NCBI GenBank assembly: GCA_964016885.1 | Contig: OZ024741.1 | Span: 128,278,001 to 128,342,000, forward strand | Direction: 5' to 3' | Source: Eledone cirrhosa | Lineage: Eukaryota | Length of the DNA stretch: 64,000 nt | Part shown: one piece after another, positions 27,511 through 41,624 of the stretch | Position numbering within the stretch: the stretch's first letter is position 1 | How the letters are laid out: every line of letters begins with the position of its first letter | Notes under the pieces: generated by a model | Databases searched by the model: none | What the model saw: the letters and a program-made list of their open reading frames with translations, nothing else | What the model was told of the DNA's origin: nothing | Translations under genes and position numbers: made by a program

Positions 27511-28905
27511 GGGTTGATTCCATCACTAAAGTAGCGATTCATTCATTCACAAAACGAAGTTTGAACTTGTCAAAAAAGCACAAGCTTTTTCCATTGTTCC
27601 AAGTATTTTTACTCTCTGAATATTATAATCGCTTTCCCCCTTCTCTCTTAAAATTCGTTATAAAACACTCCATCAGCTCTTAAAGAATAACAAAACATAA
27701 AAAAAAAAGCAATCTTATGACATGATATCATTATTGCACAAATGTTCACCGTGTTTTTCGTGTTGTTGTACATTAACTGGCGTTAAATGAATCCCATAAT
27801 ATCGACGAGTATCGTGACACTGTACATTAGCGGGCAGTGAATTATCTCATGATGTTAGCAGCAATCATGTGGCTAGGAAATCTTGAGGAAAAAAAAATAC
27901 CCACAGAAGAAAAATATCAATTACATTGCTTTTTTATGTGTGTGTCGTAATATGTGAGACAAATGCATTAATAGCGAATGGTTACAAAGCTTGTAATGTT
28001 TAGAGTTTGTATATTACAGCATAGTCACAGGGGCACCGTAGTGAAATACGGTGTGTCTTGGGCATTTTAAACTATATCCAAGAGATTTCTTTTTCCAAAT
28101 TCAATCAGATTAGGCAATGATTGGATTAAGATAGAACCATATAGCTATCGTATGTTTGAGAAAACCCCATAGCGTTTTAATGAAACGTTTGGTTGCGAGT
28201 TTTACGATGCTGCTCCTACATATAATGAATCTGTCCTCTCTTTGCGGTGCCTATTTATCGCAATGGTCAAGTGCGACGTCACAACTACGAGACTTGCTTG
28301 ACTTAGTTTCGTTTAGAATCAATTCTTCATATGTTTTCTACACAATGGCCATTTGAGGTACGTTCACATTTCACAATCATGACCACCATCACCATTAGAG
28401 GCAGAGGCGAATAAGGGTTGTAGAAGAAGAAGAAGAAGAAGAAGAAGAAGAAGAAGAAGAAGAAGAGAAGAAGAAGAAGAAGAAGAAGAAGAAGAAGAAG
28501 AATGCTACACATGACAGGACAACATAAACATCTTTGTTATTACACACTAGAGAGACACCTTTGGGTAAACATGTAACAGAAGATATACATGTAGCTATTT
28601 GTGTATGGAAGTATCCTCTCCCTCATTCTTTCCTCCTTTTTCTCCCCCCCCCCCCCCCCACTCACTCTCTCTCTCTTTCTCTTTCTCTCTATATATATAT
28701 ATATATATATACAGAGAACGAGAAAGATAGAAACAGATAAACACACACACACATACCCATAAAATATACATATATGTGTGTGGATATATATGTATATATA
28801 TATATATATATGCCTGCCTACACACACACACACGTATATATATATGTATGTGTGTGTGTGTGTGTGTATGTGTATATATAAATATATCTATATATGTATA
28901 TATTA

Positions 28906-28981
<76 letters not shown>

Positions 28982-28983
28982 CG

Positions 28984-29017
<34 letters not shown>

Positions 29018-29021
29018 CGTA

Positions 29022-29060
<39 letters not shown>

Positions 29061-29089
29061 GTATATATGTATATATATATATATATATA

Positions 29090-29156
<67 letters not shown>

Positions 29157-29373
29157 TATATACATATATATATACACATGTATGTATATGTATTTATTTA
29201 TGTGTATACATATATTCACACTCACTGACATATATACATTTAAGGCATTCTTTTGACATGACCGACTTACATCTAAACAGTACAAATATATAATGTGTCC
29301 CATAAGTCTGTCAGGTTTTCGAACATCAAATGTGTTAAAACGCGGCCATACCTAAGAACCACTTTATATATAC

Positions 29374-29404
<31 letters not shown>

Positions 29405-29805
29405 TGTATGTATGTATGTATGTATGTATGTATGTAGGTAGGTATGCTACGTACGTATGTATATATGTAGGTACGCTGCGTAGGTATGTATGTAGGTATG
29501 CTATGTATGTATGTATGTAGGTATGCTATGTATGTATATATGTGTGTATGTATGTATGCATGTGTGTATATATGTATGAATGTATGTTTGCATGTATGTA
29601 TGTATATATATATATATATGTGTCTATGTATATATATATATATATATATCTATGTATATATGTTTGTGTGTGTGTGTGTGTGTATGTCTATCTATATATT
29701 TAAATATCTATATCTATGTGTGTGTCTATATATATATATTTCCATTTGGCATTTGTGCGCGCACACGTGTGTAAGAGCCAATTTTTGCACATACACACAC
29801 ATGAA

Positions 29806-29861
<56 letters not shown>

Positions 29862-29984
29862 CATGTGTGTGTGTGTAGATTATGTCTGTCCTGGGGCTAA
29901 ACAACCGACAACAGCACCATCACTAACAACACCTCCATATTGCTTTATCTAAGTACAAACAATCTGAAAGAAGCCAATCATGGT

Positions 29985-30912
29985 TTGCACCCATCCACCC
30001 CATCATAGCCACCACCACCACCATCAACACCACCCCATCATAGCCACCACCACCACCATCAACACCATCGCCACCACCACCACCACCACCACCACTATCA
30101 ACACCATCGCCACTACCACTACCACCACCATCAACAAAACCATCACCATCACCACCACCACCACCATCATCAAAATCATCGCCACTACCACCACCACCAC
30201 CATCAACAACACTCATCACCACCACCACCATCAACACCATCGCCACTACCACCACCATCAACAATACCATTACCACCATAACCACCACCATCATCGACAC
30301 CACCATCACCACCACCACCACCATCGACACAACCATCACCATCACCACCACCACCACCACCATCATCAACACCATCGCCACCACCTCCAACGTCAACAAC
30401 ACCATCACCACCACCACCACCACCATCAACACCACCATCACCATCACCACTACCGCAAACTTCTACGCCAACACCTCCCCCACCAACGCTTCCTATCAAC
30501 TACACCTTCACCATAACCAGCACTACCACCACAACCACCACCAACACCACAACTTCCACCACCACCAACACCTCAACTTCCACCACCACTACCATCATCA
30601 ACACCACCATTAACACTGCCACTGCCGCCACCACCACCACTCCACCACCACTCCACCACCCGGTCCCCCACCACCGCCACCACCACCATCACCAGCACAA
30701 CGACAATCACAATCACAATCTCTACCATCACTACCATCAACAACACCATCTCCACCACCACAACCACTGCCATCACCACTACCGTCACCACAACCATCAC
30801 CACCATCGTCATCATAACCACAACCAATACCATCACCACCATCCACGCCAATACCACCACCACTACCACCACCACCACTGCCACCATCATCATCATAACC
30901 ACTACTACCTCA
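29985..30912. repeat. (CAC/CAT)n degenerate trinucleotide repeat
   Basis: Direct reading. Confidence 0.95.
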
Positions 30913-31444
30913 TGTAAGTTTTTTGGCCCTTAATTCTGGGAGTACTTCGGCTGACTCTGTTTAACCAGTTGGCTATCAGAGACTTGTGTGTAGGACATTT
31001 AAACTGGATGGTTGGATGGTGATGGCTTCTGTTACTCCTGGAGCAGATCTAGAGAGATGTGGTGATAGAGGGAGGGAGATAGGGAGAGAGAGGGAGAGAT
31101 GTGATGATAGAGGGAGAGAGAGAGAGAGATAGGGAGTAAGAGAGGGAGGGAGAGAGGTAATGATAGAGGGAGAGAGAGAGAGAGTGAGAGGGGGAGAGAG
31201 AGAATATGAAATAGAGAAAGGGATAGAGAAAGATAGGGAGTAAGAGAGAGAGGGAGAGAGTTAGAGAGCGAGTGAGTAAGAAAGAGGGGGGGGGAAGAGA
31301 GAAAGAGTTTCTGTGAGTGTATATGTGCGCGAAGGAAGAAAACTTATATGCTAGTAAAAAAAAGAGATAAGGTTAGTAAGAGAGAAAGAGAGAGGGATAG
31401 TAAGAGAGAATGAGAGAGACAGAGATAGATAAATAGATAGATAT

Positions 31445-31803
31445 ATTTCTTTATTAGCCACAAGGGGAAAAGGGGACAAAACAAAGACATGCCGGGGATT
31501 TTACATACAATTGTGTAAAAATAGTGAAACAAACAAATTTAACAATCGAAATCCCCAATAGGAGGGAGGCGTCACAAATGGGTTGTTTAATACCCCGTCG
31601 ATAGAACAACCCACAACTTCAGGAGCGTGTTGCGCAAGTGCTTCTTTCTTCATTTTGCTCTCTTCCTCAACCTACAGGTTTATATAAAGAGAAGGCCCAA
31701 TCACTCGGGCCATTTTTGTCACATTCACCCACCTTTCATGAAATTTACTGGGGTGCAATGTCGCTCTCTCTCCACTCTGATTCTCCTTCTAAAGTGGTAT
31801 CTA
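31445..31803 (-). pseudogene. L1/Tx1-like LINE 3' end
   Basis: Minus strand reads RYHFRRRIRVERATLHPSKFHERWVNVTKMARV..L*, then a 3' UTR ending in AATAAAGAAA; clade assignment is from recollection. Confidence 0.55.
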
Positions 31804-31819
31804 AAGAAGGGATATATAA

Positions 31820-31918
<99 letters not shown>

Positions 31919-31992
31919 CAGAGAGACAGAGAGAGAGAGAATAGGTGAGAGGATAAAGTGTATAAGAAATGGATGCAATGAGAAGACATTCG

Positions 31993-34212
31993 TGATGGAG
32001 GTGGTGGTGGTGGCGTTGGTGGTGGGGGATTTAATGATCGTGATGATGTTGGCGGTGATGGTGGTGATGGTGTATTAATGATCCTGTTGGAGGTGTGTTG
32101 GGGTCTGATGTTGGCGGTGGTGTTGGTGGCCGTGTTGGCGGTGGTGGTGTTGAGGTGTGATGTTGGCGGTGGTGTTGGTGGCGGTGTTGGCGGTGGTGTT
32201 GAGGTGTGATGTTGGCGGTGGTGTTGGTGGCCGTGTTGGCGGTGGTGTTGAGGTGTGATGTTGGCGGTGGTGTTGGTGGCCGTGTTGGCAGTGGTGATGT
32301 TGGGGTGTGATGTTGGCGGTGGTGGTGTTGGGGTGTGATGGTGGTGGTGGTGGTGGTGTTGGTGGCCGTGTTAGCGGTGGTGGTGTTGGTGTTGTTGCTG
32401 TTGTTAGTGGTGCTATCGTGATCCTGTTGAAGGTGGTGTTGGTGATTGTGCTGTTGTTGTTGTTGGTGTAGTGATCCTGTTGGAATGGTGTTGGTGGAGG
32501 TGGTGCTGGTGGTGTTGATGATAGTGATGATGGTAGTGGTGGTAGTGGTGTTAGTGGTGTTGGAGATAGTGATGGTGGTGTAGGTGTTGGAGATAGTGAT
32601 GGTGGTGGAGGTGTTGGAGATAGTGATGGTGGTGGAGGTGTTGGAGATAGTGATGGTGGTGGAGGTGTTGGTGATAGTGATGGTGGTGGAGGTGTTGGAG
32701 ATAGTGATGGTGGTGGAGGCGTTGGAGATAGTGATGGTGGTGGAGGTGTTGGAGATAGTGATGGTGGTGGAGGTGTTGGTGATAGTGATGGTGGTGGAGG
32801 TGTTGGAGATAGTGATGGTGGTGGAGGTGTTGGAGATTGTGATGGTGGTGGAGGTGTTGGAGATAGTGATGGTGGTGGAGGTGTTGGTGATAGTGATGGT
32901 GGTGGAGGTGTTGGAGATAGTGATGGTGGTGGAGGCGTTGGAGATAGTGATGGTGGTGGAGGTGTTGGTGATAGTGATGGTGGTGGAGGTGTTGGAGATA
33001 GTGATGGTGGTGGAGGTGTTGGAGATAGTGATGGTGGTGGAGATGTTGGAGATAGTGATGGTGGTGGAGGTGTTGGAGATTGTGATGGTGGTGGAGGTGT
33101 TGGAGATAGTGATGGTGGTGGAGGTGTTGGAGATTGTGATGGTGGTGGAGGTGTTGGAGATAGTGATGGTGGTGGAGGTGTTGGTGATAGTGATGGTGGT
33201 GGAGGTGTTGGTGATAGTGATGGTGGTGGAGGTGTTGGAGATAGTGATGGTGGTGGAGGTGTTGGAGATAGTGATGGTGGTGGAGGTGTTGGAGATAGTG
33301 ATGGTGGTGGAGGTGTTGGAGATAGTGATGGTGGTGGAGGTGTTGGAGATAGTGATGATGGCGGTGGTGTTGGTGGTGGTGGTGCGGCAGGGTGGGTGAT
33401 GGTGGTGTTGGTGGTGGTGATACGGGGGGTGATGGTGGGGGGGGGGCTTGTGATTGATAGTGTAGGAGGTGATGTTGGTGATAGTGTTGGAGGTGGCGAC
33501 GTTGGTGGTGGTGATGGTAATGGTGGTATTGGTGACCGTGTTGGAGGTGCAATGCTGGTGGTGTTGGTGGTAGTGATGGAGGTGGTGGTGTTGGTGGTAG
33601 TGATGGAGGTGGTGGTGTTGGTGGTAGTGATGGAGGTGGTGGTATTGGTGGTAGTGATGGAGGTGGTGGTGTTGGTGGTAGTGATGGAGGTGGTGGTGTT
33701 GGTGGTAGTGATGGAGGTGGTGGTGTTGGTGGTAGTGATGGAGGTGGTGGTGTTGGTATAGTGATGGAGGTGGCGGTGTTGGTGGTAGTGATGGAGGTGG
33801 CGGTGTTGGTGATAGTGATGGAGGTGGTGGTGTTGGTGGTAGTGATGGAGGTGGTGGTGTTGGTGGTAGTGATGGAGGTGGTGGTGGTGGTAATGATGAT
33901 GCTGATGGTGGTGATGGTGATAATGGTGATGGTGATGTAGGTGGTGATGCTTGTGATGATGGTGATGTTGCCGGTGGAGTTGATGGTGGTGGTGATTTTC
34001 ATGATGATGGAAGTCCTGGTGTTGGTGGTAGTGATGGTGGTGGTGATGGTCATGTTGATGGTGTGATGGTGGTGATGGTAGTAGTGGTGGTGATGCTGCT
34101 AGTGATAGTGCTGGTGATGGTGCTGTTGGTGATATTGATGGTGGTGGTGTTGGTGGTGGTGTTGATGGTAGACGTGGAAATGGTGGTAGTAGTATAGTGG
34201 AGGTGGTGGGCA
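31993..34212. repeat. GGT-rich repeat with a 27-bp minisatellite (~32556-33358) and a 24-bp minisatellite (~33560-33880)
   Basis: Units GGTGTTGGAGATAGTGATGGTGGTGGA and GTGTTGGTGGTAGTGATGGAGGTG. Confidence 0.95.
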
Positions 34213-34371
34213 CGACAACATAAATAAGTGCAACGGCGCTGATGATGCGTGACGGTGGCGTTAGTGAAGACGGTGTTAACAGCGCCGCCTGACGGTTTTC
34301 TTCAGGCTTGAATAAACCGAATTTCTAGCTTGAACACCTTGCTAATATATACTGACAGTATATTTATATGT

Positions 34372-34454
<83 letters not shown>

Positions 34455-34562
34455 GTTGTTGTTGTTGTTGTTGTTGATGTTGGATCTGTGAAGGTATCCA
34501 TGGAAAATCGTGTATATATTATATGCGTTTGTATGTATGTATGTATTTATGTATGTATATAT

Positions 34563-35088
34563 GTTATCTCTTTCTCTTAATTTCGAGTATATTTTTTTGA
34601 CCGGCCACCTTCCTGGTGGCAAGGTTGTAAAAGAAAAGAAATTGCCCACTCTCTTAACCAAGATGATATTTACCAAAAAGAAGAACAAGTCAACATCATT
34701 GGATACCATCAAGGTTGCAGGTGTTATATCAGAGTTTTACTTATCCTAGAATTCTGCCTTGACAAAGGCTAAGGGGTCATCTCTCCCGGACCATATATGT
34801 TATCTCTTTCTCTTAATTTCGAGTATATTTTTTTGACCGGCCTCCTTCCTGGTGGCAAGGTTGTAAAAGAAAAGAAATTGCCATCCCTTGAATCGCAACA
34901 ATGTCTTGCAAATTTTGAAGGTGCCAGCTATCGCTGCCATTTGTAGAATATGAATTAGGGAGCTGCGCTCTTTGTCCGCAAATCGAAGTTCAGTCATACT
35001 TTGGTCCAAGCGGGTTGGTATATAACCCGTAGCTCCAATAATGATGCGTATGAAGCTAAAGGTGTATCTTGGATACTGGATTTGTAAA
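34563..35088 (-). mobile_element. Nested 3' fragments of Dong/R4-type LINE family B and an RTE-related element
   Basis: 3' end TACTCGAAATTAAGAGAAAGAGA; ORF end LQMAAIAGTFKICKTLLRFKG; 34645-34790 is the reverse complement of 35365-35508. Confidence 0.8.
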
Positions 35089-35093
35089 CTCTG

Positions 35094-35127
<34 letters not shown>

Positions 35128-35187
35128 TGTATGTATGTATGTATGCATGTATGTATGTATGTATGTATGTATGTATGTATGTATGTA

Positions 35188-35778
35188 TGGTGCTACTGGT
35201 AACATGTATCCCAGTACAACCTGTCTCATGGTCGGGTCGTTGGCGACTAAACTGGCAACCCCACCAAGGTTTCTTGGTGAGGAGGGTGACTTTGGACATC
35301 CTGCAGGACTAAAAACAAAACCTGTCAAAGGTCAAAGGGCAAAGAGTCAATGGCCATCCAAAATCACCGGGAGAGATGACCCCTTAGCCTTTGTCAAGGC
35401 AGAATTCTAGGAGAAGGAAAACTCCGATATAACACCTGCAACCCTGATGTTATCCAATGATGTTGACTTGTTTTTCTTTTTGGTAAATATCATCTTGGTT
35501 AAGAGAGTGGGACTGGCTTTGTGCAGTGCCTTTGCTCACTATAAAAGCTTCATGGCACAGGCATTGCTTTATATCTGGAGATCTCTCTGCACTTGTCGTC
35601 CATGGTACCATGAGCCCAGCACTATGTGTCAATAATTGTCACAAGTGTAGTGTTTGTACCAGAGTTTTCAAGTCGCTGGCTGGACTAAAAAGTCACACTC
35701 GTTCAGCCCATCGGTAGGGGTTCTCCTACATGGATATATAGTAGTGGCCGTACTCGAAAACGAGTTGGCAGCCACCAT
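35188..35778 (+). mobile_element. Bipartite non-autonomous RTE derivative (5' UTR-like part fused to a zinc-finger 3' end), in (TATG)n
   Basis: 3' part encodes CSVCTRVFKSLAGLKSHTRSAH*; second copy at 42460-42740; ends GGCAGCCACCATGTATG. Confidence 0.7.
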
Positions 35779-35931
35779 GTATGTATGTATGTATGTATGC
35801 ATGTATGTATGTATGCATGTATGTATGAATGTATATATGTCTGTGTCAATATATATAGTAGATATGTATGTCTCTCTGTATGTATGAGTGTATGTATGTA
35901 TTTATGTATGTATGTATGTATGTATGTATGT

Positions 35932-36730
35932 AGGTAAAGGTGTACAAGGCATGTGTGCTCTCTTCTCTTCTTTATGCCTGCGAGACCTGGGTCACATATC
36001 GACACCACCTTAAGCAATTGGAGCGTTTCCATCAAATGTGTCTCAGACGCATCCATGGTGTTCATTGGGGGACCACATCAGTGATGTCGAGATTTCGGAA
36101 AGCTCTATGTGTGACAGTATAGAAGCTCTTGTGCTTAAGCAACGACTCCGCTGGAGTGGTCACCTTGCCAGGATGAAGGATTCTAGAATACCAAAACAAC
36201 TCTTTTATGGAGAGTTAGTTAAAGGAAAACGACCGCCACATAAACCAAAAAAGAGGTATAAGGATTCTTTGAAAGCCTCTTTGAAAGACGCTAATATCTC
36301 TGCTGATACATGGGAAAATATTGCTGCTGATCGTAATAAATGGAGAAAGACTGTATATGAGGGAAAAGTTGCCTTTGAAGCATCTCGAATCGCATACGAG
36401 AAAGTAAAGCGGGATGTGAGGAAGGGCATTGCTGTTGCACTTCCAGACGGCGAGGGTCCTCCTATGGTGCTGACATGCAGCGTCTGTGCGAGACTCTGCC
36501 TAAGCAAAGCTGGACTCGAAAGTCATCTTCACAGTCATAAAGTAAGACCAGTGGTTGACTACCAGGCTGCTGTTGGAGATGCTACTCATCATGTTTGCCA
36601 AACATGTGGTAGAGAATGTAAATCAGCAGGAGGGCTTAAGCGACATGCAAAAGTACACGAACTCCAACCACAGCCGACTAATCCCAGTGAATGTTTTGGT
36701 TGCCGACTCTGTGCAAGACATTTTAGATAT
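35932..36730 (+). pseudogene. RTE LINE ORF C-terminal fragment with tandem C2H2 zinc fingers
   Basis: YKACVLSSLLYACETW..LERFHQMCLRRI, RLRWSGHLARMKDSRIPKQLFYGEL, then CSVC..H..H, CQTC..H...H, CRLC. Confidence 0.9.
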
Positions 36731-37734
36731 GTTTATGTATGTGCGTGTGTGTATATACATATATATATATATGTTTATTATTATTGTTGTTGTTGTCGTT
36801 ATTACTATTGTTGTTGTTATTATTATTATTATTGTTATTAATATATGTGTGTATATATATATATACAGTATATGTATGTATATGTATATATTTTTTTTCT
36901 CGTGCAATGGCCATACTCGATAACGAGGGGGCAACCATCATGTATGCATGTATGTGTTCTTCTGGTTTTATAATTTCACAAATGTTTGCCAATATGTATG
37001 TATATATGTATGTATATATGTATGTATATATGGATGGATGTATGTATGTATGTATATATGTATGTATGTAGAGATGTATGTATATATGTATGTATGTCTA
37101 TATGTATGTCTATATGAATGTATGTATATATGTATGTGTGTATGTATGTACCCCTTATTTAATTCTTTGAATTCTTACTATAATGAAAGAAATGTTTCTA
37201 ACGAGGAATCAAAATTCCTACAACATTAGCAGTAAGAAGTTATATTTTAAATTTTAGGAAAGTCTCGCATAGTTTCACTGTTTCACTGATGATTTGTCAC
37301 GGCAGTATCACATCTGCAACGTTGTAACGACTGTAATCACAACAATTATTCTTCGTGTAAGACATTGCTTCTGTAGCAGTTGCCTCCCTTGTTGTGACTC
37401 ACAACCCCAATAGATTAACAACATCTAGACGGGAGCTATACTTCCTTCATATGATGACAGTATGATAAGGGTGGCCTGGAAGAAACCCGGGCTCTATTTT
37501 CAATACTTGCGACATGGTGAATTCCGATGAAAGTACCTAAGAATCAGCTGATTTCGGTGTTAAACCTTGGTGGCATGTTAGGGCTTAGTCCTTCTCAACA
37601 CAAACATCTGTGTGAATTTTTTCCCTCCCTTGTTTGGGCTTTAGCACTTATTTTGGCGAGATATATGCCCGTTGGTAAGGTCATAACTTCGTAAAAAGTT
37701 GCAATACACATATAAATACAATATGTATATTATA

Positions 37735-37790
<56 letters not shown>

Positions 37791-37952
37791 ATCTATTTAT
37801 TTATTTATATATCTATTTATCCACCCCCCCCTCTCTATGTATGCATATATGTATAGGAGGCTGTTGTAGTTTGCTTGAACCATCTTAGAAAGTGAAGAAG
37901 CCTTTGTTTTAGAGGGTTACAGAATTGCAAATAAAAGATTAAATATTAAAAA

Positions 37953-38125
37953 TAATTGTTTCTACTATTGACACAAGGCCAGCAATTGTCCCAGTGAATT
38001 ACTGGTGCTTTATTTTATCGATCCCGTAAGGATGAAAGGCAAAGTTAACCTCGGCGGGGTTTGAACTCAGATCGTAAAGGGACGTATCTCTATGCCGAAA
38101 AGTATGCTGTGCGACGCGCTACCGA
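37953..38125 (-). mobile_element. tRNA-derived SINE
   Basis: Family core and B-box. Confidence 0.85.
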
Positions 38126-39749
38126 ATAATAATAAATTTGTTGGAATTTTACCTGGAAGATAGTAGGTTGTAAAGTTTAAGACAATAAAAATGAAGAACA
38201 ATCATCTCTTGCCCAAGCTAACCCTCTTTAAATGTTAAGAATGTGTTGCAGCATTTTATAGTTCCAGATAAGAAGATCACATATTTGAGAGTTACGGTCT
38301 TCCTTCAAGAATCCAAGTTAAACCATTTTCTAATCTAGATAGATTGGTACATATCCTGCCACTCCAATAATTACGAGCATTGAGCCTAATATGTATTTTG
38401 GATACAAGATTTTCAGACTATTCATCAATGGTTAACAAATACTTTCTTTTTCCCGGATGTTTGTTTTTGCGATGTTTCTAGACATTTGCAGTTCTCTAAT
38501 CAGGCGTGTTTTGACTGTTGTTTTTAAGATTCAAATTCCGGTAAGAAAGCCATAGAATGCTGGCAAAAAAAGAATGTATTGCATAAAATGTCATAAAATA
38601 CATGTCTACAATACAAAAGGCAAGGAAAATAAGCTGACAACACTTATGATTATGAGACTTTAAAAGTCTAGAAACGTCAATTAAACCACGGACTTAGGAA
38701 CTGTGTTGTTCTTAATAAGCTGCAAATGACTTGTAAGAAAATACGAGAAAATTCTCATAAAAAAGTTTAAAATAATAGTGTTTTTAACAACACATATTTT
38801 TAAGAACATTTGTGTCGCTCTCTCTTTCTCTCCCCTCCTCTCTCACTGTATGTATGTTAAAGAAAGTGTTGTAGTTTGCTAAAGCATTGTAGAAAGTGTA
38901 GAAACAGTATTTTAGAAGGCTACAGTAATGTAAATAGGAGTTGAAAATAACAATAAGAGTTTAAAATAACAATAATAAAGTAAACAATATTGTATGTAAA
39001 TCATCGAACTTTCAAAGCGCTGAGGAGTTATGAAGCGCTGGAAAAATAAAAGAAACTCAGACGCAGAGTTAACTGTAAATACAGTCGGTTGCCATAAATA
39101 ACAGTTTAGAAAATCGAGTAAAATACCCTTAAGGACGGGAAAATGTAGCCAGCAGCTGACTGCTCAAATCATATTTTACCCGATTTTCTTAGCTATTATT
39201 TCAGCTATTTATACATCTGAGTTTCTTACATTTTCTTTGAATTTAATAATAAAGTTGTTTGGGTGTTACCTGGGAGATATTTAATTAGTGTTTAATATTT
39301 CGGGAGAAAATTCCTTTAGTCAAATAAAAAAAATAGTTATAGCAACTAAATCGGAGTAGGAGGAGATTGTGTTCTAGTAAGTATTAAAATGTTTGGACGT
39401 GTGTATGGTTGTGTAGGAAGGAGTATGTATGCTTGTGTATGTGGATGTGTGTGTGTGAATACTCATCTATATGTGTATGTGAATTGAAAGTAGTAGTGGT
39501 AGTATTAATCTGATATAAGAGAATTGTTGCTTTAAGAAGATTAGTGTATTTTTGTATTATTATTTATTAAACAAATAAAAGGAAAACGTACAACTAATTA
39601 GAGGTGTTAATTGAAGTGTAATTAAATAGTTGAGAGGAAGAAAGAAAAGAAGGACAGAAGAAAATAATGTAGAGAAAAACATCAGTGGGAGAAAATATCT
39701 GCTGAAAGTTCAAAGAGAGTTTAATTGGATACACGCACACGCACGCACA

Positions 39750-39880
<131 letters not shown>

Positions 39881-39914
39881 CATACGCACACTTGCATTCA
39901 CATACACACACTTC

Positions 39915-40370
39915 ATCATGCCTCATAGTTAAATAGATCATACTGAGATCTTTGGACAACTTCTTATGATGTGCAGACTACATCTGTTGTCACATAGATG
40001 TTTGCCTGCATCTTTATCTCCTTTGGGCATCAGGTATTTCGTTGTTATTTCCTGTGCTTGGGTTGCAAATACTTTAATGTGAGAGCCAATATACCGGTTG
40101 TCGGTCCAAGACTACTTTGCGTGTATGTATGTTCTTCTGGTTTTATAATTCTATACATTTTTACCAATAGAGAGAGAGGGAGTCTGTTTCTAACATTGAC
40201 AACATTGGAATTTAAACAACATCACCTAGGTAGATATGTATGCATGTCTGCATGCATGCATGTGCAGGTATGGATGTTATTGTATGTGTGGATGTTTTGA
40301 GTTATACGTGTTCATGTTTTGTATCTATACATGGGTACATGCAGAATTTTTGTAATGTCCTAACTAGTGT

Positions 40371-40421
<51 letters not shown>

Positions 40422-41600
40422 GTATGTATGTATGTATGTATGTATGTATGTATGTATGTATGTATGTATGTATGTATGTACGTACGTATGTATGTATGTA
40501 CGTACGTACGTACGTATGTATGTATGTATGTACGTATGTATGTATGTTCTTCTGGTTTTATAATTTCACAAATTTTTGCCAATAGAGAGAGAGTCGGTTT
40601 CTAACATAGACACAAGACTCTCTCATTGGAATTTACACAACATCAACTAAGTAGATTTTGTATGTGTAGATTAGTCTGCATGTGTAGGTATGGATGTTAT
40701 TGTATGTGTGGATGTGGATGTTTTGAGTTGTATGTGTGCATGTGTATATGGTTTGTATCTGTACATGTGTATATGTGTATATACCTGCAACACCACTCAA
40801 TAAAGACCTGGCGAAACAGCGTGCGTGATATGCAACAAAGTGTGTAGAACTAATTTCGGATTATAAAAACACAACACATGGTGGTAAATAAAGATTGTGT
40901 CCAACAGGGTGACCCCCACCGGTACGGTGGAAAGCGCAACTCTCTTCTGTAAACCATGCAGCTGGCCTACAAAGTCATCTACGACGCCATGGACGCAGAT
41001 GGGATAACAATGAAGAATCAATAAGAGACGGCAATCGCCTATGAAGACGTTGCAATACTCATGTATGTATGTATATATGTATGTATGTATTTTATGTCTG
41101 CATGTATGTATGCCTGTATGTTTGATTTCTCTTTATCTTATATTTAAAAAATATACTCTTTGAGTATATTTTTGATTAGCCATCCTCCTGGTGGCAAGGT
41201 TATAAAGAAAAGGATATTTTCATCGTCCTTTGTGCAATCTTTCACCCCTTGAATCGTAAGAATGTTTTACAAATTTTGAAGGTTCCAGATGTGGCCATTT
41301 ATAGTTTACGAATTAAGGGGCCATGTTCTTTCTTCACAAATCTTCACAAAGTTCAGTCATACTTCGGTCCAGGCGTGTTGGTATATATCATGTAGCTCCA
41401 ATAATGAGGGGTATGAAACTGAACGTGTATTTTGAGTACAGGAACTGCAAACTCTTCATCAACGATTCGTAGATATCCTCCTTCTCTTGTATTTAACTTC
41501 CTACATTAACATTGAGTGGACAGCTGTGTGGTCTAAACAACTGTATCAAGACGGTTCTGTATAAATCTGATGGCTGTTTATTTTTAATACCTACCAATAT
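39915..41600. mobile_element. Mosaic of Dong/R4 fragments (minus) and an RTE 3' end (plus, ~40783-41063) in (TATG)n
   Basis: Repeats of the Dong 3' terminus TTCTTCTGGTTTTATAATTTC at ~40131 and ~40547; endonuclease-coding remnant at 41230-41525. Confidence 0.7.
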
Positions 41601-41624
41601 TCCTATGTATGTATGTATGTATGA

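Noticed and set aside
32075-34213. 712-aa Pro/His-rich and 500-aa His-rich ORFs resembling extensin or histidine-rich beak proteins
   Set aside because: They arise from 27-bp and 24-bp GGT-rich minisatellites that are open in several frames on both strands; there is no signal peptide or splice context
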